From Eledone cirrhosa (Eukaryota), in the NCBI GenBank assembly GCA_964016885.1, contig OZ024745.1:68820001-68884000 (forward strand): 64,000 nt of DNA. Reading direction: 5' to 3'. Positions within the stretch are counted from its first letter, which is position 1. Each line of letters opens with the position of its first letter. The notes under the pieces are model-generated. The model had not been told where the DNA came from and did no database searches. It worked only from the letters and a program-made list of their open reading frames with translations. The position numbers were made by a program, and so were the translations under genes. Shown here piece by piece: positions 53,787 to 64,000 of the stretch.

Positions 53787-54023
53787 TCTTCACCCATTTG
53801 TTCCTGGGAGGATTGTGGGGACCAAGTCCTCAAGAACGCCTTCCAGTGGTTCTTGTCAGAAGCAACCGTCTCCAATGGATCTGGCTGGATACCCAAGCAA
53901 GACCAGCCAAGCTCAATGATGTTATCCAAACATCTTGATCAGGATATACCCCTGGGTCTCCTGCCAGTTAGTTTTGTCTATAACATCTGTTCAGAAATTC
54001 TTTTCTGATATATTCTAACCATT
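53787..54023 (-). mobile_element. Decayed Rex3/Expander-like RTE 3' end
   Basis: TGRRPRG...CLDNIIELGWSCLGIQPDPLETVASDKNHW on minus; homologous to 7323-7580. Confidence 0.75.
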
Positions 54024-54508
54024 ATGAAAATATACTATTCACACAGAGTGCTTATCTATAGCACAGGTGTGCATTTAGATCTATTTACAGCTTCTGAAAC
54101 TGGGCAATACCAAATATTCTGCCCAGTTCTTGGTTACAATTTTATATAACAGTATAGGCATTATAGAAACGCATGTTTAATTACTTGTATTATATATCAA
54201 AACAGAGTATTACAAATGTTAAAGCACCCAAATAAAGAACATACACTGATAAAGGAGTAAATTAATACTGAAAAATAACCTTCCTTAACTCTATCCCCTT
54301 CACTATATCTCACCTCTAACTCTAAAACAATACATCACACCAAACTTCTTAAAACCACTGCTGGTTCTACAATACAAAGTTATATGTTGTATCATCCTTG
54401 TTATCATCATCGCCAAGCTGGTATGGCTTAGATGGCTTATCACATCCTGAAACCAGTCAATTCAGATGATCATGTCTTACCCATACATTCCACTTTCTAT
54501 TATTACAG

Positions 54509-54698
54509 AGCAGTGGATTGGCAGTATCGGTAGAGGGTCGGACGCCATGCTTTCCAGCATAGTTACGTCCCTTTACGATCTGAGTTCAAATCCCGCGGAG
54601 GTTGACTTTGCCTTTCATCCTTACGGGGTCGATAAAATAAAGTACCAGTAATGCACTGGGTAATTGCTGGCCTTGTGCCTAAAGTAGAAACAATTATT
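54509..54698 (+). mobile_element. Young SINE family A copy
   Basis: Nearly identical to the 30654-30839 copy; short attattac duplication at the flanks. Confidence 0.92.
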
Positions 54699-55174
54699 AC
54701 CTATATATTAAACCTATTTAAGTAAAATATTGAAAAAGAAAAAGAAGATAGAGTTGGTCAATAGTGGGACATCATTATCATCATATGTCTGTATTTCTAT
54801 GCTTGCACATGTTAAATGATACAGTATCATTTCTTCTCCCAACATGCCGCTACCAGTGTAGTCTCCACTCTTGCATACTACACTCAGTTTTCCTCTGCAA
54901 TCGTCATGGAAAATGATTGATTCATTTATATGTGAATGAATTTGATCCCATCTAAAAGTCAATTTCCTGTTTTTGTCCCCCCAAAAGAAAAGAAAGAATT
55001 TTTTCCATGCATCTCATGCAAAAGTCAACCCTGAACTTTTACGGACAAGAAAGCAGCATTTGAGGATCAGGATATTATTCTGAACATAAATGTTGCAATG
55101 AAGAAATTAATTTTACTATACTATTATATTTTAGTGTACAAACTATACTAACGTGGAAAATGGACATTAAACTA

Positions 55175-56850
55175 TGATAATAATAATAATAATAATAATG
55201 AAATTATGTGTACAGTGCTCAGGTGCACTACAACTCATCAAAGGTGCATGTATAGTACATAGAATAATGTACAAATGTCAGGAAAATAAACAGTGTATGA
55301 GTCATGATATAATAACAATAACGAAATATTGTGCACAGTGCCCAGGTGCACCACAACTCATCAAAAAAGTGCATGTACAGTACATAGGGCAATGCACAAA
55401 CATCAGTAAAATGAACAGTGCACGAGTCATGATACACACATGTGTGCATGTGTATGGAAGGGATACATCAGGTGTAGTTTTGGCGTATTTTGGGAAGCAT
55501 GAGTGTCTTAAAGGATGCAGTGTCTCGGCAGCTAACAATTGACGCAGGCAGTTTGTTCCATGCTTCAGCAACTCTGAGCGTGAAAAAATGTCTGCGAAAG
55601 TCATGGGAGCTGTGCTGTTTTCTTATCTTGTAGGCATGTCCACGTGTGTTAGACACATGGAGATCAAAGAGGCGCTCAGGGTTGCAGTTGGCGAGATGGT
55701 TAAAAACTTTGTGGGTATTCACCAAGTCCATTGCCAGACGTCGGAGCTTCAATGAATCCATGTCCAGGGAAGCAAGGCGTTCAGAGTATGGTAGGTGTCT
55801 GATGGAGGGTATGCGCTTGGTTGCACGTCTCTGAACAGTTTCCAGGAGGTCAATGTTCCGAGCAAGATAGGGGTTCCAGACTGATGATGCGAATTCCAAG
55901 TGTGGTCTCACCATAGCTGTATACAGTTTTAAATAGATGGCTGGAGAGCGGCTAACAAAGGTCTTGCTGAGTGATGCCAAGACACCCTCGGCCTTCTTGA
56001 CAATCTTAGAGACATGCTTTGTCCAATGCAAATCGTTGCTGACAGTAATGCCCAGGTCACGTTCACAAGAGGACTTTTTGATGTCAGTGTTGTGGAGGGA
56101 GTATGTGGACGCTGGATTTTTCCTTCCAAAATGCATGGTGGTACACTTGTCCACAGCCAGCTTCAGTTGCCAGTCTGTGATCCATTGCTGCATTGTGTCC
56201 AGGTCTGATTGTAGGAAAGAGTTGTAAATTTCAGGATCAGTCCTTTTGATTTCAAGGTACAGCTTGATGTCATCTGCATATTTTAGTACCGTGGCATTCT
56301 GTAAGTTGGCATCTATGTCATTAATATATGCCACAAACAAAAGAGGACCAAGAACAGATCCCTGTGGTACACCAGATGACATCTCATATGGTGAAGAATG
56401 CTGTCCTAGAACCGTGACTACTTCCTTTCGGCTGAGAATGAAGGATTTCAGCCAGTCGAAAAGATCATCCCTCACACCCATTGCAGAGAGTTTTGCCATA
56501 AGTCTTTTGTGTGGCACAGAATTAAAAGCCTTAGCAAAGTCAAGGTAAACAACATCCACCCATGAGCCGCTGTCAGTGATCCGGGTGATGTCCTCAAGAA
56601 ACTTGATAAGCTGATCACAGCAGCTGGAGTTAGGGATAAATCCAAACTGTGAGGGCCGGATGAGGCTGTGAGAGCTCCAGAAGTTCCAAAGTGTTTCTCT
56701 GACACAGGATTCCATCAGTTTGGCCATACAGCTAGTAAGACTGACTGGACGATAGTTGACAGGTGACATGCGGTTGCCCTTTTTGAACAGGGGAATGACA
56801 CTGGCAGTTTTCCACTGCTCCGGAGTAGCACCATTGCTGAGACAGTATTG
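55175..56850 (-). mobile_element. 5'-truncated CR1/L2-group LINE with duplicated 3'UTR unit and (ATT)n tail
   Basis: RT ORF 56850-55468; UTR repeats 55199-55309 and 55322-55434; tail 55175-55198. Confidence 0.92.
55468..56850 (-). CDS. Non-LTR reverse transcriptase (partial ORF2; the ORF-track Met at 56901 lies in flanking DNA)
   Basis: Uninterrupted ~460 codons: WKTASVIPLFKKG, NYRPVSLTS, QFGF, YLDFAKAF, GVPQGSVLGP, YADD, ERDLG, VRPHLEF...WNP, VQRRATK. Confidence 0.9.
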   Translation of the reverse strand, partial: QYCLSNGATPEQWKTASVIPLFKKGNRMSPVNYRPVSLTSCMAKLMESCVRETLWNFWSSHSLIRPSQFGFIPNSSCCDQLIKFLEDITRITDSGSWVDVVYLDFAKAFNSVPHKRLMAKLSAMGVRDDLFDWLKSFILSRKEVVTVLGQHSSPYEMSSGVPQGSVLGPLLFVAYINDIDANLQNATVLKYADDIKLYLEIKRTDPEIYNSFLQSDLDTMQQWITDWQLKLAVDKCTTMHFGRKNPASTYSLHNTDIKKSSCERDLGITVSNDLHWTKHVSKIVKKAEGVLASLSKTFVSRSPAIYLKLYTAMVRPHLEFASSVWNPYLARNIDLLETVQRRATKRIPSIRHLPYSERLASLDMDSLKLRRLAMDLVNTHKVFNHLANCNPERLFDLHVSNTRGHAYKIRKQHSSHDFRRHFFTLRVAEAWNKLPASIVSCRDTASFKTLMLPKIRQNYT

Positions 56851-59800
56851 AAAGAAAAAAGAATGATGATGATGATAAGTGAAAATATTTATGGAAGCCA
56901 TCTCTTTATTTATGTGCTTTGACCCATAAAAACATCGGTATTATTATAGTAATTCATTGTTTTACTTTTATTCATTTAGAATCCATTGGGGCATCTGCTT
57001 GTTCATACATTATTTTGGATTGTAGTATTAATTTCAACACCTCGAAACTAGTATATGTGAAATAGTCAATTTCATAAACTTAACCGTAAAAAAAAAAAAA
57101 TTTCAAAAAAATATTACTTTTACACAAGTATAAATGGTAAGTATTTTTCTTTTATATGTGTATAAGAGACGTGTAATTGTGAAGAATATACTTCAATAAT
57201 AAACAACAACTGAATAAAATATTGTTTAAAAAATGCCTCATTTAGTACGGATGCTCTTGCTACTGTTACTAATGCCCAAAGCATCATGTTTCAATTTTCA
57301 TATACATATGTACATATATATATATATATGAATATAGAAAGATAAATATATTCTAGCTCATATGTGTCAGTAAAAGACCAAGAACAAGAAAATGAAAACA
57401 ACCCTCAGTAGACTCATATCAGATGACCCACTAACTAAATTGATATATTTCTATAATTGAGATCAATTGTACACTAGAGTTGAATAGATTTATAGAACGA
57501 TTCTTTTCTTTTTTTTTCTTGCAATTTTATCTACAATGTTTTTCAATTGATATATTCTAAGGATAGCAAATTGACAGAGTTTTAGGGAATCAGATTAAAT
57601 GCCTTGTGAAATATGTTCTGGAACGTAAGTTTCACTGAGGTTAGCTTTGCCTTTCATCCTTTTGAGGTCAATATAGAATCAATCCAAAGAGGCAAAATTG
57701 GAGGAGTGAAAGAACATTGAAGAAGCTATCTTGTGGTATATATTTCAGCTCTGTGCATTCTCAGTTCAAATCCTGTCACCTGTCTCATGGAAAACTATAA
57801 TGAATCTCTCATGACCTAGTGAAGATGGAGATGAGCTTAGGAAAGACCATAAGTCTTAACATCTTGTATCACATGAAACCACATTAGCAAGACATTCTTG
57901 GAAATTATAAAAAAAGCATTACATTAAACATTTACATCTTTACTTTAATATAGCAAATGTTCACAACAATGTCTCCACTATTAAAGATACTATAAATATT
58001 TGAACAAACCAATTAAAAAAATATTTAGTGCCAAATCCTTATCGCATGTTAAAGGTTAAGCAAATACTAAAGTATTTCAGCTGATTACACTTATTGTCAG
58101 CGCACACTAGCTGGCAGGTATGAAGGGATGTTCAAGTGCTGTCCACTCACTTCTCTTCATTCTAGGATTACCATTTCATGCTTAATTTGACACATATACA
58201 CACACACACTATTGTTATAATATTATATTTGTCAATGCTTGCGTAGACTAGACTGGTCTTTCGCAACACAGAGTTTCAGCATATGCTGCAAATATTTGGT
58301 CTTCTTTATTATGTTCAGCCTCTTAAGATAATTTTTTATCACTTTTTCCCTATATCATCCTTGGATTTCCTGTTTCACAAATTCCTTTTTCTTGGATTGC
58401 CAACTACTTCAGTACCAAGCTGTCATCTGCTATACTTATTGCATGTTCATACTATTTAGTCAGGGAGACAGTAGTATGACCCATGGTCTTTTTCAGGGCC
58501 TCTGAAACTGATCAGAGGAAGGTATGCTGAAACTTGATACGTAGTCTGAATGCTTCCAACAAAATAGACTCTGTTAAAAGCACCTAAAGACCAGGTGGGG
58601 ACATTAAACTAGGCAGCAAATTAAGTCTACTACTTGAGAGAGAAATGAAAGAAGTTTTATTATTAGACTAGAAAATCATAGTTGATCTAGTTATTCGTTT
58701 GATATTATAGAAATCTGTTATTTACGAAAACAAAGAAACAAAGAAACAGATGACATGTAATTACTTATGTTTAATGTTTTTTTAATACTCTCATTATAGT
58801 ATAGTTCTGTTCACTAAATCTTTCATTTACTGAATAATTTCAATTTGTAAGTGTAGAAGATTAAAAATAAACTCAAACATAGGCTCATTATGTCTTTCAA
58901 TTCTATGTTGATAAAATCAGGATAAAGCGTTTTATTGAAACAAAGTAATTTCTACATTTCTGCATTGTAATCTATACCTTCAACATAATTGTAATCTATA
59001 CCTTCAAAGGTGTATATCTGCAAAATGTCATTAAAAAAATATGCATTATTAAGAAAGTTATGAGGAAACAAATTCAGTGAAAGTGGGCTAAATGGAGATT
59101 ATGCCACCAAACCACCCACAAATACTTGAGGTAACAAGTTATAAATATTCAAGAAATACAAATCAACTACAAGCATAAAATTAATATTCTAACCTCTCTC
59201 GGTTTCAACAATAAGTGTTCCACTTGTTCGATCAATGGGACAACCTTCTTGTGAAATTAACATGTAAGTGGCTAAGTATTTCACAGGCACACATAACCGT
59301 TACATAATTTTCAGCACAAAACAGTGTGTAATAAGGCTGGTCCTTTGAATTTCAGGTACAGCTCATTTCTTACCAGCTGAGTAGACTGGAGCAACACGAC
59401 ACAATGCTCTGGTGGGAATCAAAACCACGACTTTACAAATGTGAGTTGATGACTCTAGTTCTATGAAATAAAACCATTCATTTTAAAGGTTTCCAATTTA
59501 AAATAAAAATCTTCCAACATCATTTTATATAAGAACTTATCATTAAGTTACTATCTTGGTAACGAAATAGTTAATAATTTTAGTAAATTCCTCAAAATTC
59601 TTCATTAATTAATTAAAATAATGTGTATTTTATTAGAAATGTGGCCATGAAAGAGTTAAACACTGTCACACACCTTTACAATCAAGAAAGAAATAACAGG
59701 AAATGACTGGTAATACAATAGACTGCAGTTTACATAATCAATTGGTTCCTCAATCCCAGACATTATTACAAAACATATATGCTCAAGACCCTTTATATAA

Positions 59801-61087
59801 ATGTTCTTATCTACATTATATTTTAAAGGGAACATAACAGCAGATTCTCTGGAGGTTGAGAAAACTCAGGAAAAGAACAATGTAGAGTTTTCTCCCTTAT
59901 ATTAAGTGATACAGTTTCATGTGGAACAGGATATTAAGAGTTTTGCAGCTTCTTAATTTTTTAAAAATATTCGTGCTGGTGACATGATAAAATGCACCCA
60001 CTACACACTGTAAAGTGGTTGGCATTACCCATAGAGATTAGGCCACAAATAGAACATCAGCAAGACTAGATTACTTGTCAAATATCTGATCATGACAATC
60101 TGTCGAACCCATGCAAGCATAAAAAGCAGATGTAAAAATGATGATGATGATGATTTTCCAATCATATATGTTCAAATTCATATGAGATTTGGGTTCATCC
60201 TAATAAATTATAGAAAAACAGTTTTCAAGAACTATAAAATGGTGAGAAATATGATATCAATATGCCCTTTTCTTCTTAATATAGGTAACAAACCAGAATA
60301 GACACAGCTGTTGTAAAATATAGTGGGGGAAGAAGGGCAATAGAAGCAATAGAGCAATAAAGACAGAAACCCCAGCCACAGCTGCAACTAACAAGCCTGT
60401 AATCAATGTTGATTTCTTTTTACCTTCTCCTCCACTGACATTTCAAACATATTCAACTCACATTTTGGCGAAGAAATCAAAATACATTTTAGCTTTATTT
60501 TTATCAGAGCAAACGTGGGAACAAAAAATGTGATGAAAAATTGAACTTGAAAAATATATTTAACTGTTTTGTTACCATGTTTTAAATAAAAAAAAAGTAT
60601 TGCCTATAGTTTTCAAATCATTTTGAAAATAATAAAAAATAATCTAGAGAGATTTAATAATATTTTAAAGCTGATGTTTGGAGCATAATTTAACAAACAT
60701 TCTTTCTTCCAGAAACTTATGATGGTAGGTTTTTTTTGTATATAAATACTTTAAAATATATGGTTTTGTATTATAGAACTAGAGTGTTTAAGGTAGTTGG
60801 TATTAAAAGGGTTAATTTGTAACAAAACAGTGCATTTGAAAAAAACTGTTATAAAGCATACAACTAATTGTCATTAATCTAAAATTTCATTCTGGTTGAT
60901 GATGGATTACTGGAGTAATTAGAGCATCGAACAAAATGTTTGTAGTATTGATTTAGAGTTCTTTATGTTTTAAGTTCAAATCTTGCTGGGGTCAAGTCTG
61001 ACTATCACCCATCATCGTTATAATTTTTGTATTAATTTTGTTTCATTCTGGCATGTGTTGGATGAATTTTATGAGACTGTGTTTTGA

Positions 61088-61707
61088 AAGTGGTCGTGTA
61101 GGAGTCATGAAAAAAAGCACCCAGCCCACATTGTAATGTGGTCGTGTAGGGGTCATGAAAAGAAAAACACCCAGCCCACACTGTAAAGTGGTCATGTAGG
61201 AGTCACAACAAAAAGCACCCAGTCTACACTATAAAGTGGTCATGTAGGAGTCACAACAAAAAAGCACCCAGTCTACACTATAAAGTGGTCATGTAGGAGT
61301 CACAACAAAAAAGCACCCAGTCTACACTATAAAGTGGTCATGTAGGAGTCACGACAAAAAAGCACCCAGTCTACACTATAAAGTGGTCATGTAGGAGTCA
61401 CAACAAAAAAGCACCCAGTCTACACTATAAAGTGGTCATGTAGGAGTCACAACAAAAAGCACCCAGTCTACACTATACAGTGGTCATGTAGGAGTCACAA
61501 CAAAAAGCACCCAGTCTACACTATAAAGTGGTCATGTAGGAGTCACAACAAAAAGCACCCAGTCTACACTATAAAGTGGTCATGTAGGAGTCACAACAAA
61601 AAAGCACCCAGTCTACACTATAAAGTGGTCATGTAGGAGTCACAACAAAAAGCACCCAGTCTACACTATACAGTGGTCATGTAGGAGTCATGGCAAAAAG
61701 CACCCAG
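61088..61707 (+). repeat. 48-49-bp minisatellite, ~13 copies, derived from an RTE 3'UTR segment
   Basis: Unit aaagtggtcatgtaggagtcacaacaaaaagcacccagtctacactat; similar to 41680-41776 and 45660-45710; RTE 3' end with (GAT)n follows to 61849. Confidence 0.92.
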
Positions 61708-61896
61708 CTGTAGAAATCTAGCCAGAAACAGCTCTGTATGAGTAGGATTCGTTCACCTGACTCAATCTGCCTCAAATAGGGCAACCCATCTAACCCATGC
61801 TACCCATCTAACCCATGATGAACGTTAAACGGTGATGACGATGATGATGGTCACTGGACAATATGCCTACATTATTGAATAACAGCCCATTATATC

Positions 61897-62092
61897 AGGG
61901 TGGTGGATTGGCAGTATCAGTAGAGAGTCAGACACCATGCTTTGCAGCATAGAGTTACGGCCCTTTATGGTCTAAGCTCAAATCCCGCTGAGGTTAACTT
62001 TGCCTTTCATCCTTACGGGGTCGATAAAATAAAGTACCAGTAATGCACTGGGGTAATTGCTGGCATTCTGCCAAAAGTAGAAACAATTATAT
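61897..62092 (+). mobile_element. SINE family A copy with multiple CpG>TpG/CpA changes
   Basis: gggtggtgg, tatcagt, gtcagacacc, cgctgagg versus gggcggtgg, tatcggt, gtcggacgcc, cgccgagg in other copies. Confidence 0.9.
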
Positions 62093-63057
62093 TTTAAGTT
62101 CAAATCTTGCTGAAATCAAGTCTACTTATCATCCTTCAATATTATTATTGTTTTGTGTCCACTCATTCATGCTGACATGGGTTGGACAAAACTTTATGAA
62201 AATCATTTGTAAATATATCAGCTGGTCACTCTTTTCTATCTATCGTGGTATTTCACCTGATTTATAACAATCAACTGTGTTTACATTTATTTTCTGCATT
62301 TGAGAATTTCTACATTTTCTAAGAATTTATAAACAGTGTTTTATAGCCAACACAGGAGAATATGGTAAACCTATTCTCAAAACTGAGGGTCGATAAAATA
62401 AGTATTGGTGAAGTACAGTGATCAATCTATAAGCATATCATACATCCTGGATGTGAACAATGAGAGTTTAAAGCCATTTTCCCTGTTAAAGCAGGAATTA
62501 GCCTTGTGAGCCCTATAGTATGTACTCATCAATGGGATCCTTTTTGAAGCAAAGTTTTACATGATGTTCTTCATGGCACTAATCCTTTTAGTTTGCTTCT
62601 AACAACAAGCAAGGATACAGTATACTTATTCTAAGCTGGATACACACATATTCTAGATGTGAATGGAATTATAATAGAAGATACTTATAGAAAAGTTTTA
62701 CAACCAGATGAATTGCTTGGCACCAACCCTGTTAATTTGCTTCTAACAACATGTAAGGATATGTTGTAAATATTCTAAACAGAATACACACACACATTGT
62801 AGACTTGAATAGAATGATAAGAGGAGATATTGATACAAATAAATTGTCTCTGATATTTCAATAACTATTTTATGACATTCATTCAGCAAAATGATTGGTG
62901 CTGTTCTTTAATATCTTCTTGCAGATGAAAATACCTACTTAAAAATTCTTATCAACTGCATTTTCATAAAGCAAGTTGTTTGTTTTTCCCCACAGCTAAT
63001 CTTTTCAATAAAGATGAAGGGTATATACCATACTTAGAGATAAAGTATGCTAAATAG

Positions 63058-63247
63058 AAGGGTTGGCTGAAAGGTTCATAGGCTGACCATGGAATGACCA
63101 AATCAGGTTTATTTTTTCAACATAGTTTCTAGAAAGAATCAAGGCAGTTATTAATAAGAAGAGTTGAAATTATTGATGCAAGATTCACAGCCCTAGCATG
63201 ATTCCTTCTTCATAGTTAGCCTATGAACTTTCCAGCCCACCCTTGTA
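63058..63247. mobile_element. mariner-type MITE
   Basis: TIRs agggttggctgaaaggttcataggctgac / gttagcctatgaactttccagcccaccct; internal sequence homologous to 43612-43800. Confidence 0.8.
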
Positions 63248-64000
63248 CAACATAATTTTACCTTTAGGTTTTCCTAAAGTTAAAAATAATGCATCTGCTT
63301 ATTCAAATCTTATCATATTGCACTGCATAAATCCACACCAGTAAGACATTCTTGAAAAGTACAAAACGGCACTATATCTGCATTACATTAAAAATTAATG
63401 TTTTTATTCTGTTCACTATTGACAATTGAATTAACAAACCTGCTTTTAGATATTTTTTGCAGAAACGTGACAGTGTGTTAAAAGCTAAATGATATATTTC
63501 TCAAACAAAATTATATTTAACTAATTATCTTCTTTGATACCTACTTTTACCAACAAGTAGATGAAATGGACAGTAAAGTAAAAAAACACACAAAAAAAAA
63601 CAAAGGTAAGAAAAACAAGACTTAGATTCAGTGATATTTTTAATCACATCTTCAGTTTTTCTCAACTATTTTATCACAACTTTATTTGTGGACAACTCCA
63701 GCTCTCTGCTATTAATCCATAATTGATTTTTCATCATCGACATTCATTATTCATAAAAACTTGAGCATATAAAAAATTTCAATATAAATACATAGAGTGT
63801 GAACATATAGGTGTGTAGAAAAAATAAGTGTTAAATAGTTTGATTATATTTTTAAGTGCTTTGGTTTGACAAATATTCTTAACAGTACTTAGCATAGGCT
63901 GATTAGTTTGTTGACATTTGCAATGATGATGAAACCAAACCATCATCACCATCATCAAGATGCTTTTTCATGCTAGCATGGGTTGGACGAAATGTTACAG

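Noticed and set aside
56851-56901. N-terminus MASINIFTYHHHHSFF of the 477-aa ORF
   Set aside because: Read-through into flanking AT-rich/(CAT)n DNA; the element is 5'-truncated near 56850
56970-58125. Plus-strand exon pair (donor atg|gtaagt at 57137; 37-nt mini-exon 58081-58117)
   Set aside because: Splice signals are plausible, but I found no continuous reading frame or recognisable protein; unsupported without transcripts
61088-61707. CRISPR-like array
   Set aside because: Head-to-tail units with no unique spacers; homologous to the RTE 3'UTR

Overview
AT-rich, repeat-dense eukaryotic genomic DNA. The microsatellite load and the SINE and RTE-LINE families suggest a cephalopod (Octopus-like); this is inferred, not verified. 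I found no complete host gene, only a few splice-site-supported exon candidates. Retroelements present: a 5'-truncated RTE LINE with a PHD-like finger (39.1-41.9 kb) and relatives, a young CR1/L2-group LINE with an uninterrupted RT frame (55.2-56.8 kb), and decayed Tx1/L1, CRE-like, Rex3/Expander-like RTE and Penelope-like fragments. There are also many SINEs, MITEs, Helitron-like elements and three minisatellites. The most notable signal is a set of small, mutually unrelated elements in or next to (TA)n tracts that carry type I hammerhead-ribozyme folds. Three have intact cores (27055-27091, 27770-27855, 37820-37868), one is a core variant inside a perfect 134-bp-arm palindrome (2377-2665), and several are degenerate. 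One sits in a 433-bp unit with a partial tandem repeat, resembling a retrozyme or Penelope pLTR. Also seen: recurrent fold-back inverted repeats at (TA)n, a nested-hairpin element at 28.6-28.8 kb, a satellite derived from a LINE 3'UTR, and a left-to-right drop in CpG content. All structures were read by eye; no searches or folding computations were run.
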